A stretch of DNA of 64,000 nt, from positions 2,795,978-2,859,977 of the forward strand of contig OX638318.1 of the NCBI GenBank assembly GCA_951812585.1, written 5' to 3'. Below are positions 1 to 10,333 of the stretch, piece after piece; positions within the stretch are counted from its first letter, which is position 1, and the number at the start of each line of letters is the position of its first letter. This DNA comes from Rhodothermales bacterium. Its GTDB lineage: Bacteria > Bacteroidota > Rhodothermia > Rhodothermales > Bin80. Below the pieces are notes generated by a model, which was not told the origin of the DNA, ran no database searches, and saw only the letters and a list, made by a program, of their open reading frames with translations. A program made the position numbers and the translations under genes.

Positions 1-6
1 GGACGC

Positions 7-2910
7 GTGACGACGGTGGCGGGGCACCGCGCGACGCCCATGACCTTTTATATGGGGTCCACAGGCGGCGGCGTGTGGAAGACGACCAATGCAGGCCATT
101 CGTGGGAAAACATCTCGGACGGGTATTTCTCCACCGCCTCCATCGGGTCCATCGATGTGGCTGACAGCGACCCGCGCGTCCTGTACGTCGGGACAGGCTC
201 GGATGGCATTCGCAGCAATGTGATCATTGGGCGCGGCCTATACAAGTCCACCGATAGTGGCGACTCGTGGTCATTCATGGGACTTCGGGCAGCGGGGCAG
301 ATCGGATCGGTGGTGGTTCATCCCACCAACCCGGATGTCGTTTATGTAGCTGCGCTGGGCAGTCCCTTTGGGCCGAACCCGGAGCGAGGGGTCTACAAGA
401 CGGTGGATGGGGGACGGACCTGGAGCCATGCGCTGTATGTCTCGGACCGGACCGGTGCCGTTGATATTGAGCTGAACCCTGCCAATCCCGATATTGTCTA
501 TGCGGCGCTCTGGCGCGCAGAGCGCAAGCCGTGGACGATCATCAGCGGGGATGACAAGGAAGATGGCATATACATCTCGCGCGACGCGGGGGCTACCTGG
601 ACCAAGAGCGAAGCTGGACTGCCGCAGGGACTCATTGGAAAGATCGACTTCGCGGTATCGCCCGCCGATCCAAGCCGCGTGTACGCGCTGGTGGAGGCCA
701 AGCCGGAAGAGGAGGGACTCTACCGATCCAATGATCGTGGCCAGTCCTGGCACTTGGTCAACAGCGCGGGCTACCTGATGACGCGCCCATTCTATTACAC
801 GAATGTGGATGCCGATCCCACCAATGCCGATATCGTCTGGGTCAACAACCTGGGGCTACATCGCTCCGAGGACGGGGGCGTCTCCTTCACGCGCGTCGGT
901 ACGCCGCACGGCGACAACCACGATATGTGGATTAATCCAGACAATCCATACATCATGGTGCAATCCAATGACGGGGGTGCCAACGTGACGCTTGATGGCG
1001 GGGCCACTTGGAGCACGCAGGAAAACCAGCCTACCGCAGAACTCTATCAGATCGACGTAGACAATCGCTTTCCGTACTGGGTGTATGCAGGGCAGCAGGA
1101 CAACACCACTATCGCCGTACCCAGCCTGCCACCCGACGCGCGACCGGGCGGGGCCGTTGCATACTGGGAAGCCATCGGGGGCTGCGAAACCGGCCCGGCT
1201 GTGCCGCATCCCGTAGACGCCAACATCGTCTACAGCAACTGCAAAGGAACCTTCCGGCGGTACAACCGCAGCACCGGGCAGGAGCAGCACTACTATGTGG
1301 GCGGCGTCTATCTGTACGGCGTCAATCCAAGCACGCTACCGTACCGCTTTCAGCGTGTGGTGCCGATCGAGGTTTCGCCGCATGATCCGGGCGTGATCTA
1401 TCACGGCTCGCAGTATGTACATCGCACGACGGATGAAGGCAAGACCTGGGAAACGATCAGCCCCGACCTCACAGCCTTCAGGCCGGAGCGCCAAGTCGTT
1501 TCCGGTGCTCCGATCACCAGAGACATCACGGGCGAGGAGCACTACAGCACGCTCTATGTTATTGAGGTTTCACCTGTGGATGCGCAGGTGATCTGGACCG
1601 GGGCCAATGACGGGCCGGTTCACGTCACGCGCGACGGCGGAGGCACCTGGGCAGATGTCACGCCGCCATCCATGCCGCCAGAAGGGCGCATACAAACCAT
1701 CGATCCTTCTCCCCACAGTGCTGGCAAGGCCTACGTAGCCGGCTATCGCTATCTGCTGGGGGACTTCCGGCCCTACATCTATCGGACGGACGACTACGGC
1801 GCATCCTGGCTTTTGTTGACGCCTGGGGACAACGGCATCCCCGATGACACGCCAACGCGCGTGGTGCGCGAGGATCCAGATCGGGCGGGGCTGCTCTATG
1901 CAGGCACTGAGTTTGGGATGTACGTGTCGTTTGACGATGGACGCTCATGGCAATCGTTTCAGCTGAACCTTCCCGTTACGCCGGTAACGGGTATCCGCGT
2001 ACACCAAAAGGATCTCGTGCTGTCCACCATGGGGCGCGGGTTCTATATCCTGGACAATGTGACGCTGCTGCACACTTTGAGCGCCGAGGTTGCCGCTGCG
2101 CAGCAACACCTGTTTCCTGTGCGCTCAGCGCATTTGATGCGATACAGCGCGGGACGCCGCGGGGCGGCCAGCCCCGAGTACCTTGCGCCCGGCGCCATCA
2201 TAGACTACTATCTTGCAGAAGGCCAGGATGAGGCCGTGATCCTTGACGTGATGGATGCCTCGGGGGCTGTGATTCGTACGTTTGCGGGCGCGGCACCGCC
2301 CGAGGAAGGCGCGGAGCAAGGCATGCGGGGTCTGCCCGCCCGGTTCCAAAGGAATGCCGGCCCCGCGGCTACAGCCGGTATGCACCGGTTCATCTGGGAT
2401 CTCCGACACACCGGAGTGGGCGGGGCCGGCCCCAGGGTAGCACCGGGGACCTACACCGTACGGCTTCGCAGCGGAAGCTGGCAGGTGTCTCAGGCGGTCG
2501 AGGTCCTGATGGACCCGCGCGTAGCCGCCGACGGTGTCACACAGGCGGACCTGGAGCAGCAGGTCGCCTTCAACCTGGAGCTGCGCGATATCAGGTCCGA
2601 CGCGGGTGACGTATCTGCGCGGATCGATACGCTGCAGGCCCGGTTGGAATATCACATCGACGGAGAGGAGCTGCTAGCCGACTTGAAGCAGCTTAAGGAT
2701 GCCCTGGTAACCCGGCGGGGCGACAGCTATCCTGCGCCGATGCTTATGGATCAGCTCGGGTACCTGTCGGGCTTCACCAGTCAGAGTTTCCAGCGCGTTG
2801 GACGCGATGCCGTACAGCGGCTTGATGACCTCAAGGCCGCACTGATTGCGCACAAGGCCACGTTAGAAGCGCTGGAAGAGCGTGCCGCTGCGCTTATTGC
2901 AGAACAGTAG
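7..2910 (+). CDS. BNR/Asp-box repeat (VPS10/sortilin-like, YCF48-related) glycosyl hydrolase; N-terminus lies before the window
   Basis: 967-aa ORF with repeated S/T-x-D-x-G-x-T/S-W boxes (KTTNAGHSW, KSTDSGDSW, KTVDGGRTW, RTTDEGKTW), the HGDNHDMW motif and a C-terminal helical tail. The frame is open at the window edge. Confidence 0.85.
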   Translation: MTTVAGHRATPMTFYMGSTGGGVWKTTNAGHSWENISDGYFSTASIGSIDVADSDPRVLYVGTGSDGIRSNVIIGRGLYKSTDSGDSWSFMGLRAAGQIGSVVVHPTNPDVVYVAALGSPFGPNPERGVYKTVDGGRTWSHALYVSDRTGAVDIELNPANPDIVYAALWRAERKPWTIISGDDKEDGIYISRDAGATWTKSEAGLPQGLIGKIDFAVSPADPSRVYALVEAKPEEEGLYRSNDRGQSWHLVNSAGYLMTRPFYYTNVDADPTNADIVWVNNLGLHRSEDGGVSFTRVGTPHGDNHDMWINPDNPYIMVQSNDGGANVTLDGGATWSTQENQPTAELYQIDVDNRFPYWVYAGQQDNTTIAVPSLPPDARPGGAVAYWEAIGGCETGPAVPHPVDANIVYSNCKGTFRRYNRSTGQEQHYYVGGVYLYGVNPSTLPYRFQRVVPIEVSPHDPGVIYHGSQYVHRTTDEGKTWETISPDLTAFRPERQVVSGAPITRDITGEEHYSTLYVIEVSPVDAQVIWTGANDGPVHVTRDGGGTWADVTPPSMPPEGRIQTIDPSPHSAGKAYVAGYRYLLGDFRPYIYRTDDYGASWLLLTPGDNGIPDDTPTRVVREDPDRAGLLYAGTEFGMYVSFDDGRSWQSFQLNLPVTPVTGIRVHQKDLVLSTMGRGFYILDNVTLLHTLSAEVAAAQQHLFPVRSAHLMRYSAGRRGAASPEYLAPGAIIDYYLAEGQDEAVILDVMDASGAVIRTFAGAAPPEEGAEQGMRGLPARFQRNAGPAATAGMHRFIWDLRHTGVGGAGPRVAPGTYTVRLRSGSWQVSQAVEVLMDPRVAADGVTQADLEQQVAFNLELRDIRSDAGDVSARIDTLQARLEYHIDGEELLADLKQLKDALVTRRGDSYPAPMLMDQLGYLSGFTSQSFQRVGRDAVQRLDDLKAALIAHKATLEALEERAAALIAEQ

Positions 2911-2914
2911 GCGC

Positions 2915-3838
2915 GTGTCAGGGATTCGTCTTGCAAATGCGCCCTGCTCCTGGGGTACGCTGGAATTCAAGGGACTCTCCGGCAAGCAAATCGGCTACAG
3001 CCAGATGCTGGACGAGCTGGGGGCCACCGGCTACGTAGGTACGGAGCTGGGTGACTGGGGCTACATGCCCACGGAGCCAATGCTGCTGCGCCGTGCGTTG
3101 GCGGCGCGCGGCCTCTCGCTGCGGGGGGCGTTCGTGCCGGTGATGCTCCGGGATGCGGCGGCCCATGCGGCCGGGCAGGCGAAGGCGTTGCGTACCGCAT
3201 CGCTCTTGGCGGCAGCGGGGGACGCAAGCGATCCGCCGGTGGTCGTGTTGTCCGACGCGAACGGCAGCGACGCTGTCCGGACGAGAAACGCCGGACGCAT
3301 CACCCAGGCCATGGGTCTGACAGACGCTGAATGGGTGGTGGCGGCGCGTGGAGTGACGGCCATCGCCCGCGCTGTGCAGCAAGAGACGGGACTGAAGTCG
3401 GTATTTCATCACCACGCTGCAGGATTTGTGGAAACGCCTGGCGAGATGGAGACCTTTTGTGCGAAGACCGATGCAACGGACATCGGACTGGTTTTTGATA
3501 CGGGGCATTATGCCTTTGGCGCAGGCGCTTGCGAAGCGGTCCTGGCCGGGATGGAACGCTTCAGGGATCGCATCCGGTATGTGCACTTCAAGGACTGCCA
3601 CGAAGGCGTGATGAAGCAGGTGCAGAGCGACGGCTGCAGCTACTTTGAGGCTGTGGGCCGGGGCATCTTCTGCGAGCTCGGACAGGGGGGTGTGGACTTT
3701 CCGGGCGTGCTAAAGCAGCTGGAAACAATGGATTATAAGGGTTGGGTCGTCGTTGAGCAGGACGTCTTGCCCGGCATGGGTCGCCCGAAGGAAAGCGCTG
3801 CGCGCAATCGCACGTACCTTCGCAGCATCGGTCTTTAA
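2915..3838 (+). CDS. iolE: Sugar phosphate isomerase/epimerase TIM barrel, IolE (inosose dehydratase)-like
   Basis: Motifs ANAPCSWG, FHHH, FDTGH, HFKD, FCELGQG and VVEQD. GTG start at 2915 follows the upstream stop; adjacent to iolG. Confidence 0.75.
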   Translation: MSGIRLANAPCSWGTLEFKGLSGKQIGYSQMLDELGATGYVGTELGDWGYMPTEPMLLRRALAARGLSLRGAFVPVMLRDAAAHAAGQAKALRTASLLAAAGDASDPPVVVLSDANGSDAVRTRNAGRITQAMGLTDAEWVVAARGVTAIARAVQQETGLKSVFHHHAAGFVETPGEMETFCAKTDATDIGLVFDTGHYAFGAGACEAVLAGMERFRDRIRYVHFKDCHEGVMKQVQSDGCSYFEAVGRGIFCELGQGGVDFPGVLKQLETMDYKGWVVVEQDVLPGMGRPKESAARNRTYLRSIGL

Positions 3839-3851
3839 GCGTTTTGGTGGT

Positions 3852-4865
3852 ATGCACGACAGAAAGCTTCGCGTTGCGCTGATCGGCGCAGGTCGTATTG
3901 GCCGGATGCACGCGGCGCATATTGCGCATCGCCTGCCGGAGGCAACCCTGGCAGCGGTTGTTGACCTGAACGAGGAAGCGGCCAGGGCATGCGCGGAGCG
4001 GTATCAAGCGCGGTGGCACACGCGGTACGAAGCGGTGCTGCAGGACAGTCGCATCGACGCGGTGGCGATCTGCACCACCAGCACCACGCACACAGAGATC
4101 ATTGAAGCGGCCGCCGCAGCCGGCAAGCACATCTTTTGCGAGAAGCCGATAGATCTTACGCTGGCGCGCATCGATCATGCGCTGCGCTGCGTACGGAAGG
4201 CGGGCGTCCTGCTGCAGGTGGGCTTCCAGCGGCGTTTTGATCCGGGCTTTCAGCGGGTTCGCCAGGCCATCACGGCGGGCGAGATAGGCGAGCCGCATTC
4301 GGTACATATCATCAGTCGCGATCCTTCACCACCGCCGATAGCGTTTCTGGCATCCTCTGGCGGGCTGTTTCTGGACATGTCGATACACGACTTCGATATG
4401 GCGTACTTCTTGCTCAGGCAGCCGATACGCCGCGTCTACGCAACGGGTGCCGTGCGTATTGATCCAGCGATCCGGCAGATCGACGATGTGGACACTGCCA
4501 CCGTTGTGCTGCAGTGCGCCGATGAGACCTTTGTCACGATAGAAAACAGCCGGCAGGCCACCTTCGGCTATGATCAGCGCCTGGAGGTCTTTGGTAGCAG
4601 GGGCAGCATCCGATTGGAGAATGTCTATCCTAACACCACCGTGCGGCTGGTCCAGGGCGGCCTGAAGCGAGACAATCCGCACCACTTCTTTATTGAGCGC
4701 TACCGCGACGCCTATGTCTCTGAGCTGCGAGCCTTTACCGAGGCGGCGCTACGGGGCGGCCCTTCGCCGCTGTCGGGCGAAGATGCCCGCGTCTCTGTAG
4801 AGGTTGGACTGGCGGCTTTGCACTCGCTTCGCACCGGGTTGCCGGTGGACCTTGCACCGGCGTGA
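3852..4865 (+). CDS. iolG: Inositol 2-dehydrogenase (Gfo/Idh/MocA family)
   Basis: Motifs IGAGRIG, CEKP, GFQRRFD, SRDP, SGGLFLDMSIHDFD and YDQRLEVFGS. Confidence 0.88.
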   Translation: MHDRKLRVALIGAGRIGRMHAAHIAHRLPEATLAAVVDLNEEAARACAERYQARWHTRYEAVLQDSRIDAVAICTTSTTHTEIIEAAAAAGKHIFCEKPIDLTLARIDHALRCVRKAGVLLQVGFQRRFDPGFQRVRQAITAGEIGEPHSVHIISRDPSPPPIAFLASSGGLFLDMSIHDFDMAYFLLRQPIRRVYATGAVRIDPAIRQIDDVDTATVVLQCADETFVTIENSRQATFGYDQRLEVFGSRGSIRLENVYPNTTVRLVQGGLKRDNPHHFFIERYRDAYVSELRAFTEAALRGGPSPLSGEDARVSVEVGLAALHSLRTGLPVDLAPA

Positions 4866-5926
4866 ACGTGTCTACACGTGTGGAAGCGGCCCTAGGTGCG
4901 GCGGCGAAGGACCTCCTGGAGCATCGATGCCAGGCCATCCTGCGCGGAAGCATCGCGACACCGGGGCCGGATTTTGTTGATCGGGTCTTTGGCGGAAGCA
5001 ACCGCAACCCGCGCGTGCTGGCATCGATGCGGCGGCTCTTTGGGGCTGGGCGGCTTGGCGGCTCGGGCTACCTGAGCATTCTTCCCGTAGATCACGGTGT
5101 GGCGCATACCGCGGGAATGGTATTTGCGCCGAATCCGGCATACCTGGATCCTTTATCTATTGCGGAACTCGCCATTGAAGGTGGCTGCAGCGGGCTTGTT
5201 ACGACCTACGGTGCCGTGGGTACGGTGGCGCGCGCCGTAGCCCACCGGCTGCCACTGATTCTCAAGATCAACCACGACGAGCAGTTTGCGCACCCTGCCC
5301 GCTACGACAACATCCTGTTTGCGCGTGTGCGCGAAGCAGCATCGATGGGCTGCGTAGCGGTTGGTGCTACGGTGTACTTTGGGGGACCGGAGGCGCGCCG
5401 ACAGCTCCAGGAGGTTGCGCGCGCGTTTACTGAGGCCCATGTGTTAGGCCTGGCGACGATCCTTTTCTGCTACTTGCATCCCCGGGCGCTGCTTGCAGGA
5501 GGCAAGGACATAATCTTCGCGGCAGATCTTACGGGCGAGGCCAATCATCAGGGCGCGACGATTGGGGCGGACTTCATAAAACAGAAGCAGCCCCTTTTCG
5601 GTAGCGGCCTGCGCGCTTTGCAGCCTGGGTACGGCCGGACCGATGAGCGTCTCTATCCCACGCTCATCGCCGGTCATCCCATAGATCTCACGCGCTATCA
5701 GGTGATGTTGTCGTATGCCGGGCGCTGCGGCGTGATTCACAGTGGTGGCGCGAGCAGCCCCGATAGCTTGCGCCAGGCGCTGCGCGCCGCTGTCGTCAAC
5801 AAGCGCGGTGGGGGCATGGGCCTGCTTGCGGGGCGCAAGGTGTTTCAGAAGCCGTTGTCCGACGGCGTCGCGCTGCTGCATGCCATCCAGGATGTGTACC
5901 TTGATCCTTCCGTCACCGTGGCGTGA
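4862..5926 (+). CDS. fbaB: Class I fructose-bisphosphate aldolase (DhnA/FbaB family), divergent
   Basis: Motifs LSILPVDHG, LKINH, GATVYFG, Schiff-base GADFIKQK, NKRGGGMGL and GRKVFQKP. Confidence 0.8.
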   Translation: MNVSTRVEAALGAAAKDLLEHRCQAILRGSIATPGPDFVDRVFGGSNRNPRVLASMRRLFGAGRLGGSGYLSILPVDHGVAHTAGMVFAPNPAYLDPLSIAELAIEGGCSGLVTTYGAVGTVARAVAHRLPLILKINHDEQFAHPARYDNILFARVREAASMGCVAVGATVYFGGPEARRQLQEVARAFTEAHVLGLATILFCYLHPRALLAGGKDIIFAADLTGEANHQGATIGADFIKQKQPLFGSGLRALQPGYGRTDERLYPTLIAGHPIDLTRYQVMLSYAGRCGVIHSGGASSPDSLRQALRAAVVNKRGGGMGLLAGRKVFQKPLSDGVALLHAIQDVYLDPSVTVA

Positions 5927-6135
5927 TCGGATGCGGTGCGCAAAAGGCTTTTCGCGCGAAGCCTGCTGGCACGCAGGCGATGAATTATCAGTGCAGCCGA
6001 CCAGCCGCCCTCTGCGTACCTGATCGATGTCGTGTGCTCTGGCCTTCGATCAGCTCTGCACGGGCCGCCTGATATGAAATAGGAACGTTGTCAAAGGGCT
6101 TTGCCCCATCCCGCAGCGAGCGGCCACGATCAGGA

Positions 6136-6594
6136 TCACTCCGCCTGTCTGATCATCTTGACCAGATCGTAGATCAGCGCATTGGGCACGGGGAGCGTGA
6201 GGTGGTACTGCGCGATTTTCCATGTGTTGCCCGTCCGGACCAGTACGCCAGTGCCCCGGGTAAGGCCGAACGAGTCATTCAGGAGCGTCTCATCAAACCA
6301 GGCCGTATCACCGTTGAAGAAGACGGCGCGGTGCTGCGGTACGTATGTCCACCCACGACCCGCCCTGAAGTGCGGCGCGGCATAGGCCTGAAACGCCTCC
6401 AGCGACCAGCGCTCGGTGAGGTCGGTTCCAAAAAAGACGGCACTGGGCGCGAAGTGCCCGAAATACCGTGCGCTGTCGGCCGCACTTGCCGCGGCATGAA
6501 AGTCATTCAGCACTGCCTCGACGGCTTCGGTCGGCTGTGCCTCAGCTGCCGGCGCAGCAGCCGCAAGCGCGGCAAGAAGTAAAAAAATACGCAT
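6136..6594 (-). CDS. Secreted SnoaL-like/NTF2 family protein
   Basis: Signal peptide; motifs DFHAAAS, FFGTDLTERW, AWFDE and WKIAQYHL. Confidence 0.8.
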   Translation of the reverse strand: MRIFLLLAALAAAAPAAEAQPTEAVEAVLNDFHAAASAADSARYFGHFAPSAVFFGTDLTERWSLEAFQAYAAPHFRAGRGWTYVPQHRAVFFNGDTAWFDETLLNDSFGLTRGTGVLVRTGNTWKIAQYHLTLPVPNALIYDLVKMIRQAE

Positions 6595-6624
6595 GATTCT
6601 ATGAATTCAGCTTGGAATAAACGC

Positions 6625-8091
6625 TCAGCGCATCAGATGATCCGCCACGCGAAGGGCTTGTGCCGCAATGGTAAGCGCAGGATTCATTGCGGCCGAGGAC
6701 GGGAAGAAGGACGCATCAACAACGTAAAGGTTGTCCACATCATGGCTGCGACACCAGGGATTCAGTACGCTGGTGGCTGGATCGTGGCCCATACGCAGTG
6801 TTCCGCACTGGTGCGAGTTGGTGGCGATTCCCATTGTTTCTACTAACGTGGTCGTGTAGCCTGCGCGCTGCATGATCAGTCTTGCTTCCCTTATGAACCG
6901 CTGATGCGTAGCCACGTTTGTCGGCTGCCAGTGTACGCGGATGCGTCCGCTGGAGCTCAAGGTGACACGATTGGATTCGATGGGCAAGTCCTCTGACATC
7001 ACCCACCAGTCCATGCTGCGCGCCGCCAGAGCTCTTAGAAACGGCAGCGGCACGCGCGGTCGCACGCTTTTCAGCATGGCGCCCTGGATCTTGCCTATGA
7101 TCTGCAGGTTTCCGAGCGGGTAAGGCCAGTCCGGTCCACGCAGGTAGTAGTCGTTGAGCGCCAGCGTCTTCTGGAACGTTGTGCGGTTGCGCTGACCAGC
7201 CTTGACGGCCATCAGGACCGTGTTGTTGTGCATCATATAGTTGCGACCCACCTGCCCGGAGCTGTTGGCAAGGCCGGAGCGCAATAGGAGCGCCGCGGAG
7301 TTTACTGCGCCGCAGGACACGACGAAGCGGTCGGCTTTTATCAGCTTGCACTCGTCGCGCCGTACAACTTCCACCGCTTCCACGCGCCGCCTCGCTGGGC
7401 CCGGCAAGAGGCGAACGGCCCGTGCACCGGTCAGCATCGAGACATCGGCACTCTCCAGGGCCGGCCGCACGCAACAGACATCCGCATCGCTTTTGGCCAG
7501 CACCTTGCACGGAAATCCGTCGCAGGTGTGGCAGCGGATGCAGCGTCCGCCCAGGTCAATGCCCATCGGCAGTGCAAAGGGTCGCAGGCCTTGTGCTGTC
7601 AGCGTGTCCGCTAGTGCGGCTACGCCGGGCTCGTGCGGGACAGCCGGCAGCGCGTACGCGCCTGATCGGGGCGGTTCAACAGGGTCGGCGCCAGCCTGCC
7701 CGCGTACGCGATACAACCGTTCGGCCTGCCCGTAGAAGGGTTCCAGTTCGGCATAGTGGATTGGCCAGGCCGGCGAGGTACCGCCTTCATGTTCTAGGGC
7801 CTCGAAGTCCTCCTTTCTGAAGCGGGGCAATGCTGCGCCGTAGACCTTCGTGTTGCCGCCGACGAAGTAGTGAACGCCTGGCGTGAAGCGTTGGCCGCGG
7901 CCGTCCTCCCAGTGCTCGTGCGGCTTGTAGCGACTTTGGCCGAAGACCGCGTCGGGTTTCCAGTTTTCGTCTTCTTGCGGCAGGAAGTCGCCCCGCTCAA
8001 TGAGGAGAACCTTGGCACCGCTATGGCGGAGGCCCCACGCGAGCGTGCCCCCTCCAGCGCCACTCCCAATGATGGCGATATCGGTGGTCAT
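6625..8091 (-). CDS. GMC family oxidoreductase
   Basis: IIGSGAGG FAD motif, VGGNTKVYGA, HQCGT and NPALTI. Confidence 0.9.
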   Translation of the reverse strand: MTTDIAIIGSGAGGGTLAWGLRHSGAKVLLIERGDFLPQEDENWKPDAVFGQSRYKPHEHWEDGRGQRFTPGVHYFVGGNTKVYGAALPRFRKEDFEALEHEGGTSPAWPIHYAELEPFYGQAERLYRVRGQAGADPVEPPRSGAYALPAVPHEPGVAALADTLTAQGLRPFALPMGIDLGGRCIRCHTCDGFPCKVLAKSDADVCCVRPALESADVSMLTGARAVRLLPGPARRRVEAVEVVRRDECKLIKADRFVVSCGAVNSAALLLRSGLANSSGQVGRNYMMHNNTVLMAVKAGQRNRTTFQKTLALNDYYLRGPDWPYPLGNLQIIGKIQGAMLKSVRPRVPLPFLRALAARSMDWWVMSEDLPIESNRVTLSSSGRIRVHWQPTNVATHQRFIREARLIMQRAGYTTTLVETMGIATNSHQCGTLRMGHDPATSVLNPWCRSHDVDNLYVVDASFFPSSAAMNPALTIAAQALRVADHLMR

Positions 8092-8897
8092 GCCTTGACT
8101 GCACCCGCGATCAGGCCGCGGACAAAAAGCCGACCGAGTCCCAGGTAGACCATTGCCGTGGGCAGTGCGGCCAAGACCGCGCCTGCCATCACCACATTCC
8201 AGTCCACAGAAAAGGAGCCCGACAGGTTATTGAGCGCGATGGTCACCGGCTGGGCTTGCGGGTTGGGCACCACGGTGATGCCAAAGAGGAAGTCGTTCCA
8301 GATGTTGGTGAACTGAAAGATCAGCGTTACGGCAAACGCAGGCAATGAAAGTGGCAGCATGATGCGCCAGAAAGCTTGCAGCATGCCGGCGCCATCCACA
8401 GTTGCCGCTTCTACGATAGCGCGTGGAATGGCTACATAGAAGTTGCGAAACAGCAGCGTGGTGACGGAGATGCCGTAGACTATGTGCGTGAGCACAAGGC
8501 CCGGGAGCGTACCGTACAGACCAATCCACTGCAGGAAACGCACCAGGGGCAGGAGGATGGCCTGGTATGGGATGAAGAACCCGAACAGGAGCAGCGCAAA
8601 GAGTACTTCAGAGCCACGAAAGCGCCACTTGGAGAACACGTACCCATTGAGTGCGCCGATGATCGATGAAATCACCGCGGCCGGGATCACCATCGCGAAG
8701 CTGTTGAGCAGGTTGGGGGAGAGCATCCGCCAGGCCTCGCCGAATCCCCCAAGGCCCACCGTGACCGGGAGCTTCCACATAGTGGACAGGCTGACGGTGT
8801 CTGCCGACTTCAGCCCGTTGGCCACCATCACATAGATGGGCAGCACATAAAAGAGCAGCGCGCAGAGCAAAAGGCTCCAGAGCAAGATCCGTCTCAT
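8088..8897 (-). CDS. Carbohydrate ABC transporter permease (glucose/mannose GtsC-like)
   Basis: Multiple TM segments, EAATVDGA loop, FQFTNIWNDFLFG. Confidence 0.9.
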   Translation of the reverse strand: MRRILLWSLLLCALLFYVLPIYVMVANGLKSADTVSLSTMWKLPVTVGLGGFGEAWRMLSPNLLNSFAMVIPAAVISSIIGALNGYVFSKWRFRGSEVLFALLLFGFFIPYQAILLPLVRFLQWIGLYGTLPGLVLTHIVYGISVTTLLFRNFYVAIPRAIVEAATVDGAGMLQAFWRIMLPLSLPAFAVTLIFQFTNIWNDFLFGITVVPNPQAQPVTIALNNLSGSFSVDWNVVMAGAVLAALPTAMVYLGLGRLFVRGLIAGAVKA

Positions 8898-8900
8898 GTG

Positions 8901-9896
8901 CTACTCTCCTTTGCGAACAAGCCGGATGAGGTAGGGCACAATGATCAGGCATGACAAGACGAGCATGACCATCGAAGCGGCGGCCCCCAGGTTGTATCGT
9001 GCTGCTTTGAACATCATTTCAAAGACAAAAATCGCCGGCACATCAGTCGCGAACCCAGGCCCGACGCCTGACATCGCAAAGACCAGGTCGAAGATCTTCA
9101 GTGATACATGCAGCAGAATGATCGCTGTTGCGATGGTGATAGGCCACAGCATCGGAATGATGATGGATCTGTAGAGCCTGAACTCGCTTGCACCATCGAT
9201 CCGCGCAGCGTCTCGCACGGCTTGTCCGATGCCGCTGAGGCCCCCTAGGTACATTGCCATCACAAAGCCGGAGAGCTGCCAGGTTGCAGCGATGGCGACT
9301 GGAATCAGCGCCACGGGCACACCCCATTCCACCTGAAAAGTATTGCCCCCAGGAATGACAGCCGCTAAGGCCTGATTGACCGACAGCACGACGGAAGGAT
9401 CAGTGGTCCAGCCTGGCGCCAGCGGGCCTATGCCGACCGTTGTCAGGACACGGTTGATGCCCAGGATCTCGAAGAACAGGTTGATGCCGGTCTCGGGGTT
9501 GAAGATCCAGCGCCAGACGACACCCGTCACGATGAAGGAAAGCGCGTACGGAAACAGGAACACGCTCCGAAAAAACCCGCGGCCTCGAATCGCGCGATCC
9601 AGGAGGATGGCAAGCGTAAGCCCCAGGCCGATGGAGAAGCCGATGAAGAGCACCGTGAAGACGAACGTGTTGCGCAAGTCAGCCTGAAAGCGCGGCATGC
9701 GAAGCATGTCTGCGTACGTTTGCCAGAGCGGCTCCCGCAGGCTGAGGTCAACGGCCAGTGTGCGCCAGTTCGTAAGAGAGAAGAAGAAGCTGGTGCCAAC
9801 AAACCCGTAGACAAAGATGCCTGTGAGCACCAGGGAAGGCAGCAGGAGGAGCAGACCCTGTTTGCGCGGTCCCAGCGTACGTCCGATCACCGGCAA
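8901..9896 (-). CDS. Carbohydrate ABC transporter permease (GtsB-like)
   Basis: TM segments, DAARIDGAS loop, KIFDLV. Confidence 0.9.
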   Translation of the reverse strand: MPVIGRTLGPRKQGLLLLLPSLVLTGIFVYGFVGTSFFFSLTNWRTLAVDLSLREPLWQTYADMLRMPRFQADLRNTFVFTVLFIGFSIGLGLTLAILLDRAIRGRGFFRSVFLFPYALSFIVTGVVWRWIFNPETGINLFFEILGINRVLTTVGIGPLAPGWTTDPSVVLSVNQALAAVIPGGNTFQVEWGVPVALIPVAIAATWQLSGFVMAMYLGGLSGIGQAVRDAARIDGASEFRLYRSIIIPMLWPITIATAIILLHVSLKIFDLVFAMSGVGPGFATDVPAIFVFEMMFKAARYNLGAAASMVMLVLSCLIIVPYLIRLVRKGE

Positions 9897-10333
9897 TGGT
9901 CTCTCACGCCTTGCCGCGCTTCATACCAGCTGCAGGGTACTTCTTTAGAGGCGAAAACACGGTCAATACGGTTCTGCTAAAGCCAACAGCGTCGCCCCTA
10001 GCCGTGCCGGGCGCACCTTAATCTAATGTGGTGCAACGTGGATTGCCAGCGACAGCGCAGCGCTGCTGCTGAATGCTCCAAAGAAGGCTGCAACATGTCC
10101 GTTCGCGTGATATCAACATAATGCCATTCAGCATACGCTATCCCAGTTGTGGCAGCACTTCTGCGGGTGGCGAGGTGTATGCTGGATTTACCCATGTGGC
10201 TGTTTGTCGCGGACTGAACCGTTTCTCTTCTTTCTATAGGCCTTCACCGGGGCTTCCGCTGCCTGCGCCGGTATTCTCCGGAGCTGCTCCACCAGTACCT
10301 CCTTGATTTTGCCTCCTTTATCGCCCCATGTGG

